A program made the translations under genes and the position numbers. 64,000 nt of DNA, from positions 2,360,880 to 2,424,879 of the forward strand of contig OZ243930.1 of assembly GCA_965213975.1 (NCBI GenBank). The letters are read 5' to 3'. The stretch is from Candidatus Spongiisociaceae bacterium. GTDB taxonomy: Bacteria > Actinomycetota > Acidimicrobiia > Spongiisociales > Spongiisociaceae. The notes beneath the pieces are model-generated. The model worked only from the letters and a program-made list of their open reading frames with translations, made no database searches and was not told the DNA's origin. The stretch's first letter is position 1; each line of letters opens with the position of its first letter. Positions 38,325 through 47,551 of the stretch are shown piece by piece.

Positions 38325-39623
38325 TCAAGGCCCGAGCGTGAAGAACGGCACTACAGCCACGCCGTCGGGTCTCTCATGGGGGTAACCACCGGTAGCCGTG
38401 ATCACCACGAGCCTTGCCTCGCCCATCCTGGACGTGTCGACTTTTCTACGCACGGCCATAAGCGAGCGCGCTGCCTGGTCCAGCGCTTCCGGGCCCCCGA
38501 GTTTCACCTCGATTGCGAGCCATCGACCGTCTCCGGTGTCCACGATGGCATCGGCTTTGGTTCCGGATGCGTCCGTGAAGAAGAAGACCTCCGCGTCGGC
38601 TGCTTCTGCGTAGGTGCGCAGGTCTCTGATCACCAGGGATTCGAAGAGGAGACCGAGGGCATTCGGATCGGCGAGTAGTCGTTGGGGCGTGGCCCGCAAT
38701 GCCGCCACGGCCAACGAGGGATCCACGAAGTGGTGTTTGGGGGTCAGCAGCAGCGGCGACCTCGAACGCAGGTGAGCCGGCCATGCGAGTAGGGGTTCGA
38801 TCACGTGCAGCCGCTCCAGGGAATCAAGGTATGCGCGAGCCGAGTGGCGGCTGAGGGGGGCACCCGCGCTCGCTTCGGCGGCGAGCTTGTTGAGACTCGC
38901 GGCAGTCCCGACATTGCGGGCCAGCGACCGGAGGAGGTTCAATACACGCACCGGATCACGTGACACTCCATCCACTTGGCGGATGTCGGTACGTGCGATG
39001 TCATTCAGGTAGCTTCTGAGCGCCCTGGTGACATCTCCCACCGCAAGGTGTGCGTCGAGTCCTGGCCACCCTCCCCTGCATAGGGCTTCGACCGCTTCGA
39101 GCAGGCCGTCCCCGGTCGGTTCTCCTTCGCAGGGTTCGCCGTTCAGTAACCCGGCTAGTGAGACAGCGCCGGTTGACAGGCCGAGTTCAGAGATCGACAT
39201 GGTGCGTAGAGGGAGCCGCTGGACTCGCAAGGCGCCCGAGTGTCTGGTTAGGTCGTCCGCCGGTGTGGCCGATCCTGTCAGGATGAACTGGCCAGCCTCT
39301 GCGCGTGCGTCACATGCTCCGCGAACCGCACCCCACACATCGGGGACACGTTGCCACTCGTCGATGAGCCGAGGCGTTGGTCCTTCGAGCACCCGGGCTG
39401 GATCCGCCAGAGCCAGAGTCAGGGCCGCCTGATCCTGGTCGAGAAGCGCTTCGCTCCGAGCGAAGCGCTTGGCCATCCAGGTCTTACCGCATCCTTTGGG
39501 TCCTTCGATCAGCAGCGCCCGAGCAGTTCTCAGGATGCTCGCTGCCGTTGTCTCTGCTACCCGTTCGCGGTAGCCAGGAGGCTTCAGCGTAGGTGTTGCC
39601 TCGGTTGGTGTGGCGCTGCCCAT
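38325..39623 (-). CDS. AAA_14 ATPase + DUF4143 protein
   Basis: GPKGCGKT, LIDEWQ, ILTGS, PKHHFVDPSL, GLLFESLV.RDL, AIEVKLG. Confidence 0.9.
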   Translation of the reverse strand: MGSATPTEATPTLKPPGYRERVAETTAASILRTARALLIEGPKGCGKTWMAKRFARSEALLDQDQAALTLALADPARVLEGPTPRLIDEWQRVPDVWGAVRGACDARAEAGQFILTGSATPADDLTRHSGALRVQRLPLRTMSISELGLSTGAVSLAGLLNGEPCEGEPTGDGLLEAVEALCRGGWPGLDAHLAVGDVTRALRSYLNDIARTDIRQVDGVSRDPVRVLNLLRSLARNVGTAASLNKLAAEASAGAPLSRHSARAYLDSLERLHVIEPLLAWPAHLRSRSPLLLTPKHHFVDPSLAVAALRATPQRLLADPNALGLLFESLVIRDLRTYAEAADAEVFFFTDASGTKADAIVDTGDGRWLAIEVKLGGPEALDQAARSLMAVRRKVDTSRMGEARLVVITATGGYPHERPDGVAVVPFFTLGP

Positions 39624-39654
39624 AGGCGTCGAATCTACCAGCTCGTGGAGCCAC

Positions 39655-39716
39655 GATATACCAAATCGGATCCAATTGATATACAAAATCGGATACAATT
39701 GATCTACCAAAGCCGG
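39655..39716. repeat. AT-rich 23-bp tandem repeat (about 2.7 units) upstream of the AAA/DUF4143 gene
   Basis: GATATACCAAATCGGATCCAATT / GATATACAAAATCGGATACAATT / GATCTACCAAAGCCGG. Confidence 0.85.
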
Positions 39717-39785
39717 TAATCAGACCTTCACCGGAAGCGGCCGGCGAGGGAAGGAGGCGGCGCACCGGCCATAGCCTCCAAGCCG

Positions 39786-40110
39786 TCACGTCGGGGGATT
39801 GTCGGCGTCTTCGGCCTCCAGTACACGCAGTATCTCCGCGGCCATGAAGCGGCGCTGCCGTCGTGGACCGGGCACCATTTCGGTGAGTATTGCCAGGTCC
39901 CGTAGTTGGTACAGCATGCGGAGGCTGGTAGGCCGCTTGACGTCCAGACTCCTCTCGACCCGGCGAGCCGTGATGATCGGGTTGGCGAACAAGGAATCTA
40001 CGAGGGTAACGGCTTGGCTTCGCGTTGACTCGACGACCCGAGTCCGGTAGGACTCCCGAAAATCGACCAGGCGCTCGGCGCGAGTCACGGCGTCGTTGAC
40101 ACCCTCCGAC
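39786..40110 (-). pseudogene. C-terminal wHTH remnant of a Fic-family protein
   Basis: LVDSLFANPIITARRV...LRDLAILTEM..R.RRF.A.EIL; no HPFxDGNGR motif upstream. Confidence 0.6.
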
Positions 40111-40285
40111 CGTGCCAACTTCGGCCTACCCTGCGACCGACCATCCACTACTGGAAAGAGCGGGCTGAGGGTTTTCGGGAGTTGGCCTGAGTGCCGACTG
40201 GCATCTGCAACTGTGTAGAGAGGGCTCTTGAGTTTAAGGAATCAATCCGAGTTCCTACTGGCAACTCCACCTTGAGGTTGGCCCC

Positions 40286-41047
40286 TCATCCGGAAACTAG
40301 GTCTCGGTTGCGGAGTACTAGGCCGGTGAGCGCCACGGAGACGAGGGCCATGACGGCCACCTTCGCCGCCGCACCGCCCAAGCCTGGTTCCACCCGCCCC
40401 AGAACGCCCTCCACGGTCTCGTAGTTCTCGATGGTCAGGGTGGCTAGATCGACCCACCCTGAGATCGCTATTCGGTAGACAGATGAGGCTTGTATGCCTG
40501 CGATAACGCTGCTGAGGATGCCTTCCCAGACGAGAAGGTAACCGAGTCCGGCCAGCGTCGCCCGTCCGAGGACTAGCCCCAGTGGCACGAATATCGCCGC
40601 GGACGCCAGGCTTTGGAGGGCAATGGCCACGGTGGTCGCCACACCGACGGACCAGTCCCCCCCAACCAGCCCACCGACCACCCAGGTTGCCAAGACCCCC
40701 GCCCCTAAGACCAAGAAAGAACCGACCGCGGCTGCTACCACCGCGCTGAGCGCGATAGTCCACCGAGATACCGGCTTGAGAAGCAGGAAGGAAAGGGTGT
40801 CCTGCTTCCGTTCTTCTCCGAGAGCAGCGGTGGCGATAATCAGCGCCACCACCGGGTAGACGATCCCGAAGCCTAACGCCACGGTGATGTCGTTGTAGTA
40901 CTGGATGCCTTGCAACTCCGGGCCGCCATAGGCGGTCAGGAGCAGAATGGGGGCTGGCGAAGCGCTTAGGAGACCCAGCCATATCAATCTCTTTCGGCCA
41001 AGGAGTCGGCTGATGATGGTGCCGGTGAGGATTACGACCGTTCTCAT
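40286..41047 (-). CDS. ABC-2 type permease
   Basis: Hydrophobic; LGEERKQDTLSFLLLKPVSR. Confidence 0.85.
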   Translation of the reverse strand: MRTVVILTGTIISRLLGRKRLIWLGLLSASPAPILLLTAYGGPELQGIQYYNDITVALGFGIVYPVVALIIATAALGEERKQDTLSFLLLKPVSRWTIALSAVVAAAVGSFLVLGAGVLATWVVGGLVGGDWSVGVATTVAIALQSLASAAIFVPLGLVLGRATLAGLGYLLVWEGILSSVIAGIQASSVYRIAISGWVDLATLTIENYETVEGVLGRVEPGLGGAAAKVAVMALVSVALTGLVLRNRDLVSG

Positions 41048-41982
41048 TGCATCTTCAGCAGGTAGGAGAAGACACTCTCAAGGGAATCGTCTTCCGGCGA
41101 TACCGAGCTGATCACCGCGTCAACCTCCATCGCCGCTAGGGGGATGTCTCCTCCCAACGCCCGAGCGTCGGTGGTCCTCAGATCCACACCGGCGGCGTCG
41201 ACGCGCACCGACTCCACCCATTCCTCGGCAAGCAGACGCCGGGCCAGCAATCGAGGACGATCTGTATCGATCCTGACCAGCCGAGGGGTGTCGGACATGG
41301 CATCTCGAAGGGAGCGAACCGTACCGGCTGCGGCCAAGCGACCATCAACCATAGCTATTACCCGCTCAGCCATGCGCTCCACCTCGGCGAGGACGTGGGA
41401 TGAGACGATTATCGTCCTGCCTTCGCTCCCCAGCCTCCGCATCAGCTCGATTAGGCGAGACCTTTGGAGGGGATCAGCGCCGTTCAACGGTTCGTCGAGC
41501 AGGAGCACTTCGGGTTCATGAACCAGAGCGGCGGCCACCTTTGCCCGCTGCTTCATTCCCTTGGAATAGGTGGACAGGGGACGGTCCGCCGCATTCATCA
41601 ACTCGACCAACTCGAGTGCCCGTTGCGCCGCGTTCGACGGATGCGCCACCTTCGACGTAACGGCGCTCCACTCCAAGAAACGCCGGCCAGTCATGTGTTC
41701 GTAGACCGCCTCGCCCTCGGGGACGAACCCGAGCCGACGATAAACACCGTGCGTTCGGCGGGGCACAGTCCCCAATACGGTCAGCCGACCGGCCGACGGA
41801 GAGAGCAGTCCGGCCAAGGTCCTCAGAAAAGTGGTCTTGCCAGCACCGTTCGGTCCGAGCAGTCCGGTCACACCCGGGCCGAAGGAACAGGTCATTTCGG
41901 ATACCGCCACCTTCTGCCCGAACCACTTGGAAAGATTGTCCACCGACACGGTGGCGTCAGGTACGTGAGTGGCGTCACTCAT
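41044..41982 (-). CDS. ABC transporter ATP-binding protein
   Basis: GPNGAGKT, YSKGMKQR, LLDEP, SSH. Confidence 0.93.
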   Translation of the reverse strand: MSDATHVPDATVSVDNLSKWFGQKVAVSEMTCSFGPGVTGLLGPNGAGKTTFLRTLAGLLSPSAGRLTVLGTVPRRTHGVYRRLGFVPEGEAVYEHMTGRRFLEWSAVTSKVAHPSNAAQRALELVELMNAADRPLSTYSKGMKQRAKVAAALVHEPEVLLLDEPLNGADPLQRSRLIELMRRLGSEGRTIIVSSHVLAEVERMAERVIAMVDGRLAAAGTVRSLRDAMSDTPRLVRIDTDRPRLLARRLLAEEWVESVRVDAAGVDLRTTDARALGGDIPLAAMEVDAVISSVSPEDDSLESVFSYLLKMQ

Positions 41983-42884
41983 CGCAACCTCCGGTAACGC
42001 CACAGCACCGCTGCGGCGCTTAGGGCCACCACCCCGATCACCACCGCCAGGGACGCTTCCGGCCCATAACCCGCTTCGGCGGGCATCACCACCCCGGAGT
42101 CGGTGTCGAAGATCCAGTCGCGAATGTACCGCGGATGCTGTTCCAAGGCCAGCAGGGTGAGCCAGCGAGCGCCAGATGCCGAGACCCCTTCCTGAGCGAA
42201 CAGAGCCACCAGATTGAGGCCGAATAGTCCGGCCAGAAAGGCCGCGCTGGCGGCCCCGGCCCGATTGATGAAGGCGGCGGCGAAGAAGGCCAGTGCGGCA
42301 TGGAGGGCAAAGTAGACAGTGGCAGCGAGCGGCACCTTCCAGAAGAAGTCGGTGGTATCACCTAGGTAGGTGAGAAAGCCCTCACGCGAAAGGGCCCCCA
42401 GACCTAGGTGCAAGAGAAGCTGCGGAACCAGCCAGAAACTGTATATCACCGCCCCGTACGCCGCCACCTTGGCAACCAGATAATCGGTTGTTGAGAGCGG
42501 CCTCGAGAAATAGATGTTCAGCACCCCGTTGACCCGGTCCGGTACCACGAGCTGGGGCCCGGCATAGGCAGCAAACAGGAGCGCTATCACCGAAATGAAA
42601 TCGAAGTAGCCGGCGTACCTAGGTAACCGATCAAGTTCGACATCGCCCGCCCCCGAGACCGCCCAAGCGATTGCCACGACGACCACCACGGAAGCCACGG
42701 CAAGGGAGATCAGGAACCAGGGAAAAACCTTGAACTTTGCCTTGCGGCGGAAACCCAGGACCCGGCGGAAACCCTCTCGCACGATGGCCCGCATCGCCCC
42801 TATCCGACCGGTGCGTTCACCCTCGTAATGCCGATATCCCCGGTCGACGATCACCGCTCCGGAGACGGGACCTCCCTCAGTCAC
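41979..42884 (-). CDS. ABC-2 type permease
   Basis: DRVNGVLNIYFSRPL..DY..AK; multiple TMs. Confidence 0.85.
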   Translation of the reverse strand: MTEGGPVSGAVIVDRGYRHYEGERTGRIGAMRAIVREGFRRVLGFRRKAKFKVFPWFLISLAVASVVVVVAIAWAVSGAGDVELDRLPRYAGYFDFISVIALLFAAYAGPQLVVPDRVNGVLNIYFSRPLSTTDYLVAKVAAYGAVIYSFWLVPQLLLHLGLGALSREGFLTYLGDTTDFFWKVPLAATVYFALHAALAFFAAAFINRAGAASAAFLAGLFGLNLVALFAQEGVSASGARWLTLLALEQHPRYIRDWIFDTDSGVVMPAEAGYGPEASLAVVIGVVALSAAAVLWRYRRLR

Positions 42885-43789
42885 CGTCGATCTTTCACGG
42901 CTGATCTGTAGACGTCCTCCAAGCGGCTCAGGCCCACGCCCAGCCGAAGGACCGACGACCCCGAACCGGCTAGGCCGTCGCGCACCATGCGCAGCACTTC
43001 CTGCTCTCCTCGCGCGGCGGCTACGGTCAACACCGGTCCCGCGACAGACACTTCGGCACCTGCCGCCCGCAGATACCCCAGCAGCGGCTGAGGATCCCCA
43101 AACACCTCCACTGACACACCTCCCATCGTGGCCGAGGGCTTGAGAGGAGCGGAATGAACCAGGCGACCTTCGTCAAGCATCACCACCCAATCACAGGTCC
43201 GCTCGATGTCATCAAGCAGATGTGACGAAAAGAGCACGTTTATGCCGAACTCGCTGAAGCGGGAGATGAGATTGAGCATCTGTTCACGTCCCGAAGGGTC
43301 CAACCCGGATGCAGGTTCGTCGAGTAGTACCAGTTCCGGGTCATGGACGATGCTCTGGGCGAGCTTCACTCGCTGCCGCATCCCAGTCGAGAAATCGCTC
43401 AGGTAGCGGAAACGCTCCTCATGGAGCCCCACCAAGAAGAGGGTCTCCGAGGCACGACGCCGCGCCTCTCGTGACGGGATGCCAGCCAACTCGGCGGCGT
43501 AGGCAACAAAGTCGGCGGCCGTCTGGTCGGGCGGAAGGCATTCGATCTCCGGCATGTACCCGATTCGCGACCGTATGCCTGCCGGATCTTCGGCAACTTG
43601 ACGGTCGAACACGGACACGTCACCGGATGTAGGCCGAATCAGTCCCAGAATGATGCGGATCAGGGTGGTCTTCCCGGCACCGTTGGCACCGACAAGACCG
43701 GTCACCCCGTCCGGTACCTCCAAGTCCACGTCCGTAAGGGCTGCGACCGGCCCGAAGGCCTTGCTCAGGCTCTGGCATCGGATTACCAC
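42881..43789 (-). CDS. ABC transporter ATP-binding protein
   Basis: GANGAGKT, FSTGMRQR, LLDEP, SSH. Confidence 0.93.
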   Translation of the reverse strand: MVIRCQSLSKAFGPVAALTDVDLEVPDGVTGLVGANGAGKTTLIRIILGLIRPTSGDVSVFDRQVAEDPAGIRSRIGYMPEIECLPPDQTAADFVAYAAELAGIPSREARRRASETLFLVGLHEERFRYLSDFSTGMRQRVKLAQSIVHDPELVLLDEPASGLDPSGREQMLNLISRFSEFGINVLFSSHLLDDIERTCDWVVMLDEGRLVHSAPLKPSATMGGVSVEVFGDPQPLLGYLRAAGAEVSVAGPVLTVAAARGEQEVLRMVRDGLAGSGSSVLRLGVGLSRLEDVYRSAVKDRR

Positions 43790-43840
43790 GGACGGTCTCG
43801 CAACTCTCGAGGATCGACGCCTCTCGGCAGGATCGGCCCC

Positions 43841-45481
43841 CTATTCGTCAAGTTCGACCTTGCGGTAAAGAGGGCCTATCTCTCCTAGCTCGGTTCCCGC
43901 GGGGATGGGTTCGCCCTTCCATCCGAGTTCGCCCAACGTACCGGGAAGCCCCAGCATTTCGTGGAGATGCTGGGATGTTGTGGGCAGATAGGGGGAAAAG
44001 GCCACCTTCAGATGGTTGAGGGAGTCCAGCGCGCACTTGAGCACTGTGCCTGCTCGCTCCAAATCGGTCTTGGCCAGCTTCCAGGGCTCGGTGGCATTGA
44101 GGTAGGCGTTGACACGAGCGGCGCTCTCCATCGCAACGCGCAGCCCGGCTCGGAGCTCCACCCGCTCGATGTGGGCCGCCACCCTCTCAAGCGACGTCGC
44201 GGACACTTCCACTACCTCGAGGTCGCGGTCGCTGAGCGCCGCCGGATGCGGAACCCGACCCGCAAACGAGGACTTGGTCATAGAGAGCACTCGATTAACC
44301 AGATTCCCCCAGGTGGCCACCAACTCGTCGTTTATGCGTCGTCCCAACTCAGACTCCGACACCTCGGTGTCGCTGTTCTCGGGCAGGTTGGCGGCTAGGG
44401 CGTAGCGGAGGGCATCGGGTTCGTAGATGTCGAGAGCGTCTCCGATTGTGAGTCCGATGCCCCGACTTGCCGACGCTTTACCGCCACGGAAGGTGACGTA
44501 TTGGTTGGCGGGAACGTTAGTGGGCAGCTCCAACCCGCCGTACCCCAAGAGCATCGCTGGCCAGATGATGGTATGGAAGGGGATGTTGTCCTTACCTATG
44601 AAGTAAAAGTGCTCGGCCTCCGGGTTATGCCACCAGTCTTTCCAGGCATCGGGGGTCCGGTGGATCTCCGCCCACTCCTTCGAGGCCGACAGGTAGCCGA
44701 TAACGGCGTCGAACCAAACGTAAATCTTCTTCCCGGCACCCAGCCCCGGTACCGGGATATCGATCCCCCAGTCGATGTCACGGGTGATTGCCCGGTCCTG
44801 CAGGCCCTCGGTGATCCAACCCAGCGAGAAGTTCATCACATGCCGACGCCAACCGTGGCGCGACCGAAGCCATTCCTCCAGCCGATCAGAGAACTCCGAC
44901 AGCCTCAGGTAGAAATGGTCGGTGCTCCGGCGGACCGGGATGGCACCCGATAGCTTGGATCGGGCATCAATCAGGTCAACGGGATCAAGAGTACGCCCGC
45001 ACCCGTCGCACTGGTCACCCCGTGCCTCTTCGTAATCACAGTGCGGACAGGTCCCCTCAACGTATCGATCGGGAAGGAAGCGCTCTGCCTCGGGATCGTA
45101 GAACTGCTCAGAGCTCCGCCGATCGATGTAGCCGTTGGCGTGCAGGCGGGAGAAGATGTCCTGGGTCACCTCATGATGGTTCCGGGTGCCCGTCGAGGTG
45201 TAGAGCTCCCACTGAATGGCTAACGCCTTCCATCCTTCGACAAACTCGGCGTGGTATCGGTCAACTATGTCCTGGGGTGATAACCCTTCTTGGTCGGCCC
45301 GCACGGTAATGGGAGTGCCATGCACATCGCTGCCCGACACCATTAGGGTTCGATTCCCCGCCAAGCGGTGATAGCGGGCAAAGATATCCGCGGGGAGGTA
45401 GGCCCCGGCCAAGTGTCCCAGGTGACGCGAACCGGAAGCGTAGGGCCAGGCAACCGCCACAAGAATGTGTCGTACCATCAC
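43841..45481 (-). CDS. metG: Methionine--tRNA ligase
   Basis: HLGH, SGSDVHGTPI, CPHC...GDQCDGC, YVWFDA, IGKDNIPFH, KASAS. Confidence 0.97.
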   Translation of the reverse strand: MMVRHILVAVAWPYASGSRHLGHLAGAYLPADIFARYHRLAGNRTLMVSGSDVHGTPITVRADQEGLSPQDIVDRYHAEFVEGWKALAIQWELYTSTGTRNHHEVTQDIFSRLHANGYIDRRSSEQFYDPEAERFLPDRYVEGTCPHCDYEEARGDQCDGCGRTLDPVDLIDARSKLSGAIPVRRSTDHFYLRLSEFSDRLEEWLRSRHGWRRHVMNFSLGWITEGLQDRAITRDIDWGIDIPVPGLGAGKKIYVWFDAVIGYLSASKEWAEIHRTPDAWKDWWHNPEAEHFYFIGKDNIPFHTIIWPAMLLGYGGLELPTNVPANQYVTFRGGKASASRGIGLTIGDALDIYEPDALRYALAANLPENSDTEVSESELGRRINDELVATWGNLVNRVLSMTKSSFAGRVPHPAALSDRDLEVVEVSATSLERVAAHIERVELRAGLRVAMESAARVNAYLNATEPWKLAKTDLERAGTVLKCALDSLNHLKVAFSPYLPTTSQHLHEMLGLPGTLGELGWKGEPIPAGTELGEIGPLYRKVELDE

Positions 45482-45669
45482 CCAAGCGTAACGAACAGGC
45501 GGAACTATCGGTGGGTTATGTCGTGGCCTTGCCAGTTCGAGGTTGCCCCGCTTTGGTGAGCTCCTATGTCAATGGGGGAGGGGGGTGGTTAAGTGTTGTA
45601 GGTGGGTCCGGAGCCGGTCGGAGGCTTTGCGCCGAAGCGGGTATGTGTCTTGGCGTCTCTAGCGCTTAA

Positions 45670-45860
45670 GGCGCGGCTGGCCAGCTTCGCTGGGCCCCAC
45701 CCCCGCCTCGCACCACCAGGTTCGGAGCGTGGTCGGCCATGCCCGGACTGAAGCCGGGAGACGCTGGGGCCTTAGCTCTACAAGATTGATGTTCCCAAAG
45801 GTCCGGCTGTTTCCGATCGGTCACAACTGCCTCAACAAGCCGGAATCGGTGCTTAGCAAT
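45670..45860 (-). ncRNA. Candidate structured ncRNA copy A (IS110 bridge-RNA-like)
   Basis: About 90% identical by eye to 52086-52277 in inverted orientation; TCCGGCT...AGCCGGA stem; promoter directly upstream. Confidence 0.5.
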
Positions 45861-45864
45861 GAGT

Positions 45865-45893
45865 ACCGTATAACAAGTGTGTGACAGAGGCAA
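45865..45893 (-). promoter_or_regulatory. Sigma70/SigA-like promoter for copy A
   Basis: TTGCCT-N17-TACGGT, 4 nt before the conserved ATTGC start. Confidence 0.5.
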
Positions 45894-46010
45894 CCCCTTT
45901 GATCAACCCCTTCGAAGGGTCTCCCGCGTCAGCCGACTGTGATTGCCTCCGAGAGCTTGGGCGGATGGCCTGGGGAATCTGCCAGTTGGGGGCTCTACGC
46001 CGCCACTGGC

Positions 46011-46745
46011 CTACCGGCTGGTTAGAGACATGACACGAACGGCCAGGTTGAAGGCAGCGTCGGTGGCTCCCAGGCTGGCCTTGGCGAGCCGGTCTAGGGT
46101 TTCCGCTTCGCCCCCGGCAGCTTCGGCTAGGGCCTGGTCTTCCCATTCAATGAGCGTCGCCCAAGAGGACAGCCACGGGTTGGCGTGGTGCGGACGTCCG
46201 GCCCGGTTCAGGAGCCGAGCAGCCAAGAATCCGGACCGGCTTGCCAGCTTGGGGAACTCGACATCGCCAAACCAGTCCACTACGGCACCTTTGCTCGAGC
46301 CTTCTGCCAAGTCGAAGCGGACCGAAGTTACAACCGGGGCAGCAACCGCTCCAGACCGGTGGCCTTCTGACCAGGGTCGCTCTGGTATCTCCACCCCGAG
46401 CGTGTGGATCTGCCGGTAGACGGTGTTTGATCGATTCGTGACGCTGGCGAGAATCGCGGGGCGTTCCGGGTCCGACTCGGGGGATCGCTTCGTGTTGTAC
46501 GCCTTCGAGTAGAAGATTTCTGAGCTATCGATCTCGTACACGTTGAGGATGAACGGCGAACCGGACCGGGAATGGTATCCGTGGGTGCTATAGAAACCCA
46601 CCGAGATGAGGTCGGGGGCATGCTTGTGTTCGTACCACCTCATGAACGCTGGCAGACCGTCTGGGGTCACATCCATTCGGGCGAGGTATATGTTCGGGAG
46701 CATGTTGAGGTCGCCTCCCTTGAGTCGTGGCCGTGGATCTGTCAT
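46011..46745 (-). CDS. Hypothetical protein, tandem dimeric alpha/beta-barrel (EthD/DUF4286-like) domains
   Basis: F.RWYE.KH.PD in the first half, DWF..VEFP.L..RSGF in the second. Confidence 0.6.
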   Translation of the reverse strand: MTDPRPRLKGGDLNMLPNIYLARMDVTPDGLPAFMRWYEHKHAPDLISVGFYSTHGYHSRSGSPFILNVYEIDSSEIFYSKAYNTKRSPESDPERPAILASVTNRSNTVYRQIHTLGVEIPERPWSEGHRSGAVAAPVVTSVRFDLAEGSSKGAVVDWFGDVEFPKLASRSGFLAARLLNRAGRPHHANPWLSSWATLIEWEDQALAEAAGGEAETLDRLAKASLGATDAAFNLAVRVMSLTSR

Positions 46746-47551
46746 CGTGACTTGTCCGTGCTGGAAAGACGCTGTCGCCGCTCGGCGAGGGCGGCCATGG
46801 CCCCCGTCGTGTGATGGCTCAGCGAGTGGGAGAGGAAGTGAAAGCCACTGACCGCTTGGTAGCCTGCTTGATCTTCCATCTGCCTCAGCGACAGTTTCGA
46901 CAGCATAAGTGTCTCGGCTGGAATCGCTGCCAGGGAATGGACGACCGACTCGATCCGTTCCTCGATCTCATCGGTCGCTACAACTTCGGATACTAGGCCC
47001 GCCTCCAGGGCGGTCTGTGCGTCCATCCGCTGGTCGAGCCACAGTGTCTGTTTAGCGCGCCGCGGACCGACGGCCCAAGCGAACGCGGGAACTTCGGCGT
47101 CGTTTATGCCCATGGCGGGAATGATGGGTGAGCCGAAGACGGCGTCGGGCGTCGCGTAGACAAGATCGGCGACGGAGGCGAACATCAAGCCAGCCGCCAG
47201 GCAGTGACCATGGGCGAGCACCACCGTTGGTACGGGAAGCTCGCGAAACCGGTTCACCGGATCCACGAAGAGGCGATGCTCCCATCGCATCCGGCCCTCC
47301 ACCGACTTGACCGCCCGGGCGTAGTCGGCGTGCGCCACTATCTCCTTCAGATCATGCCCCGAACAGAACGACCTTCCCTTGCCAGCGAGTACGACGACCC
47401 GCACATCTGCATCCTTGGTGACCAGCTTGAGCGCGTCGTCGAAGGCCTCGAGCATCTCGGTGTTCTGGGCGTTGTGCACGCGGGGTCGGTTGAACCAGAT
47501 CCACCTGGCTGGACCTCGGTCTTCCACCAACAACGGTGCGCCATCGTTCAT
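46742..47551 (-). CDS. Enoyl-CoA hydratase/isomerase family protein
   Basis: FNRPRVHNA, GRSFCSGHDL, HGHCLAAGL; ATGA overlaps on both sides. Confidence 0.9.
   Translation of the reverse strand: MNDGAPLLVEDRGPARWIWFNRPRVHNAQNTEMLEAFDDALKLVTKDADVRVVVLAGKGRSFCSGHDLKEIVAHADYARAVKSVEGRMRWEHRLFVDPVNRFRELPVPTVVLAHGHCLAAGLMFASVADLVYATPDAVFGSPIIPAMGINDAEVPAFAWAVGPRRAKQTLWLDQRMDAQTALEAGLVSEVVATDEIEERIESVVHSLAAIPAETLMLSKLSLRQMEDQAGYQAVSGFHFLSHSLSHHTTGAMAALAERRQRLSSTDKSR

Larger units (their letters stand above)
45561..45893 (-). mobile_element. Internally deleted IS110-like mini-element (promoter + non-coding end + transposase tail + end motif)
   Basis: Non-coding repeat A followed by a frame reading RRKASDRLRTHLQHLTTPLPH* and TTGACATAGGAG (45572-45561); IS110 resemblance is from recalled family features. 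Confidence 0.55.

Noticed and set aside
39655-39716. Possible mini-CRISPR array
   Set aside because: Units are directly adjacent with no spacers, and there are no cas genes in the window
45666-45893. 75-aa ORF, and the similar ORFs at 51951-52346 and 51991-52239, as small proteins
   Set aside because: The frame is not conserved between the two repeat copies (indel); better explained as a non-coding element
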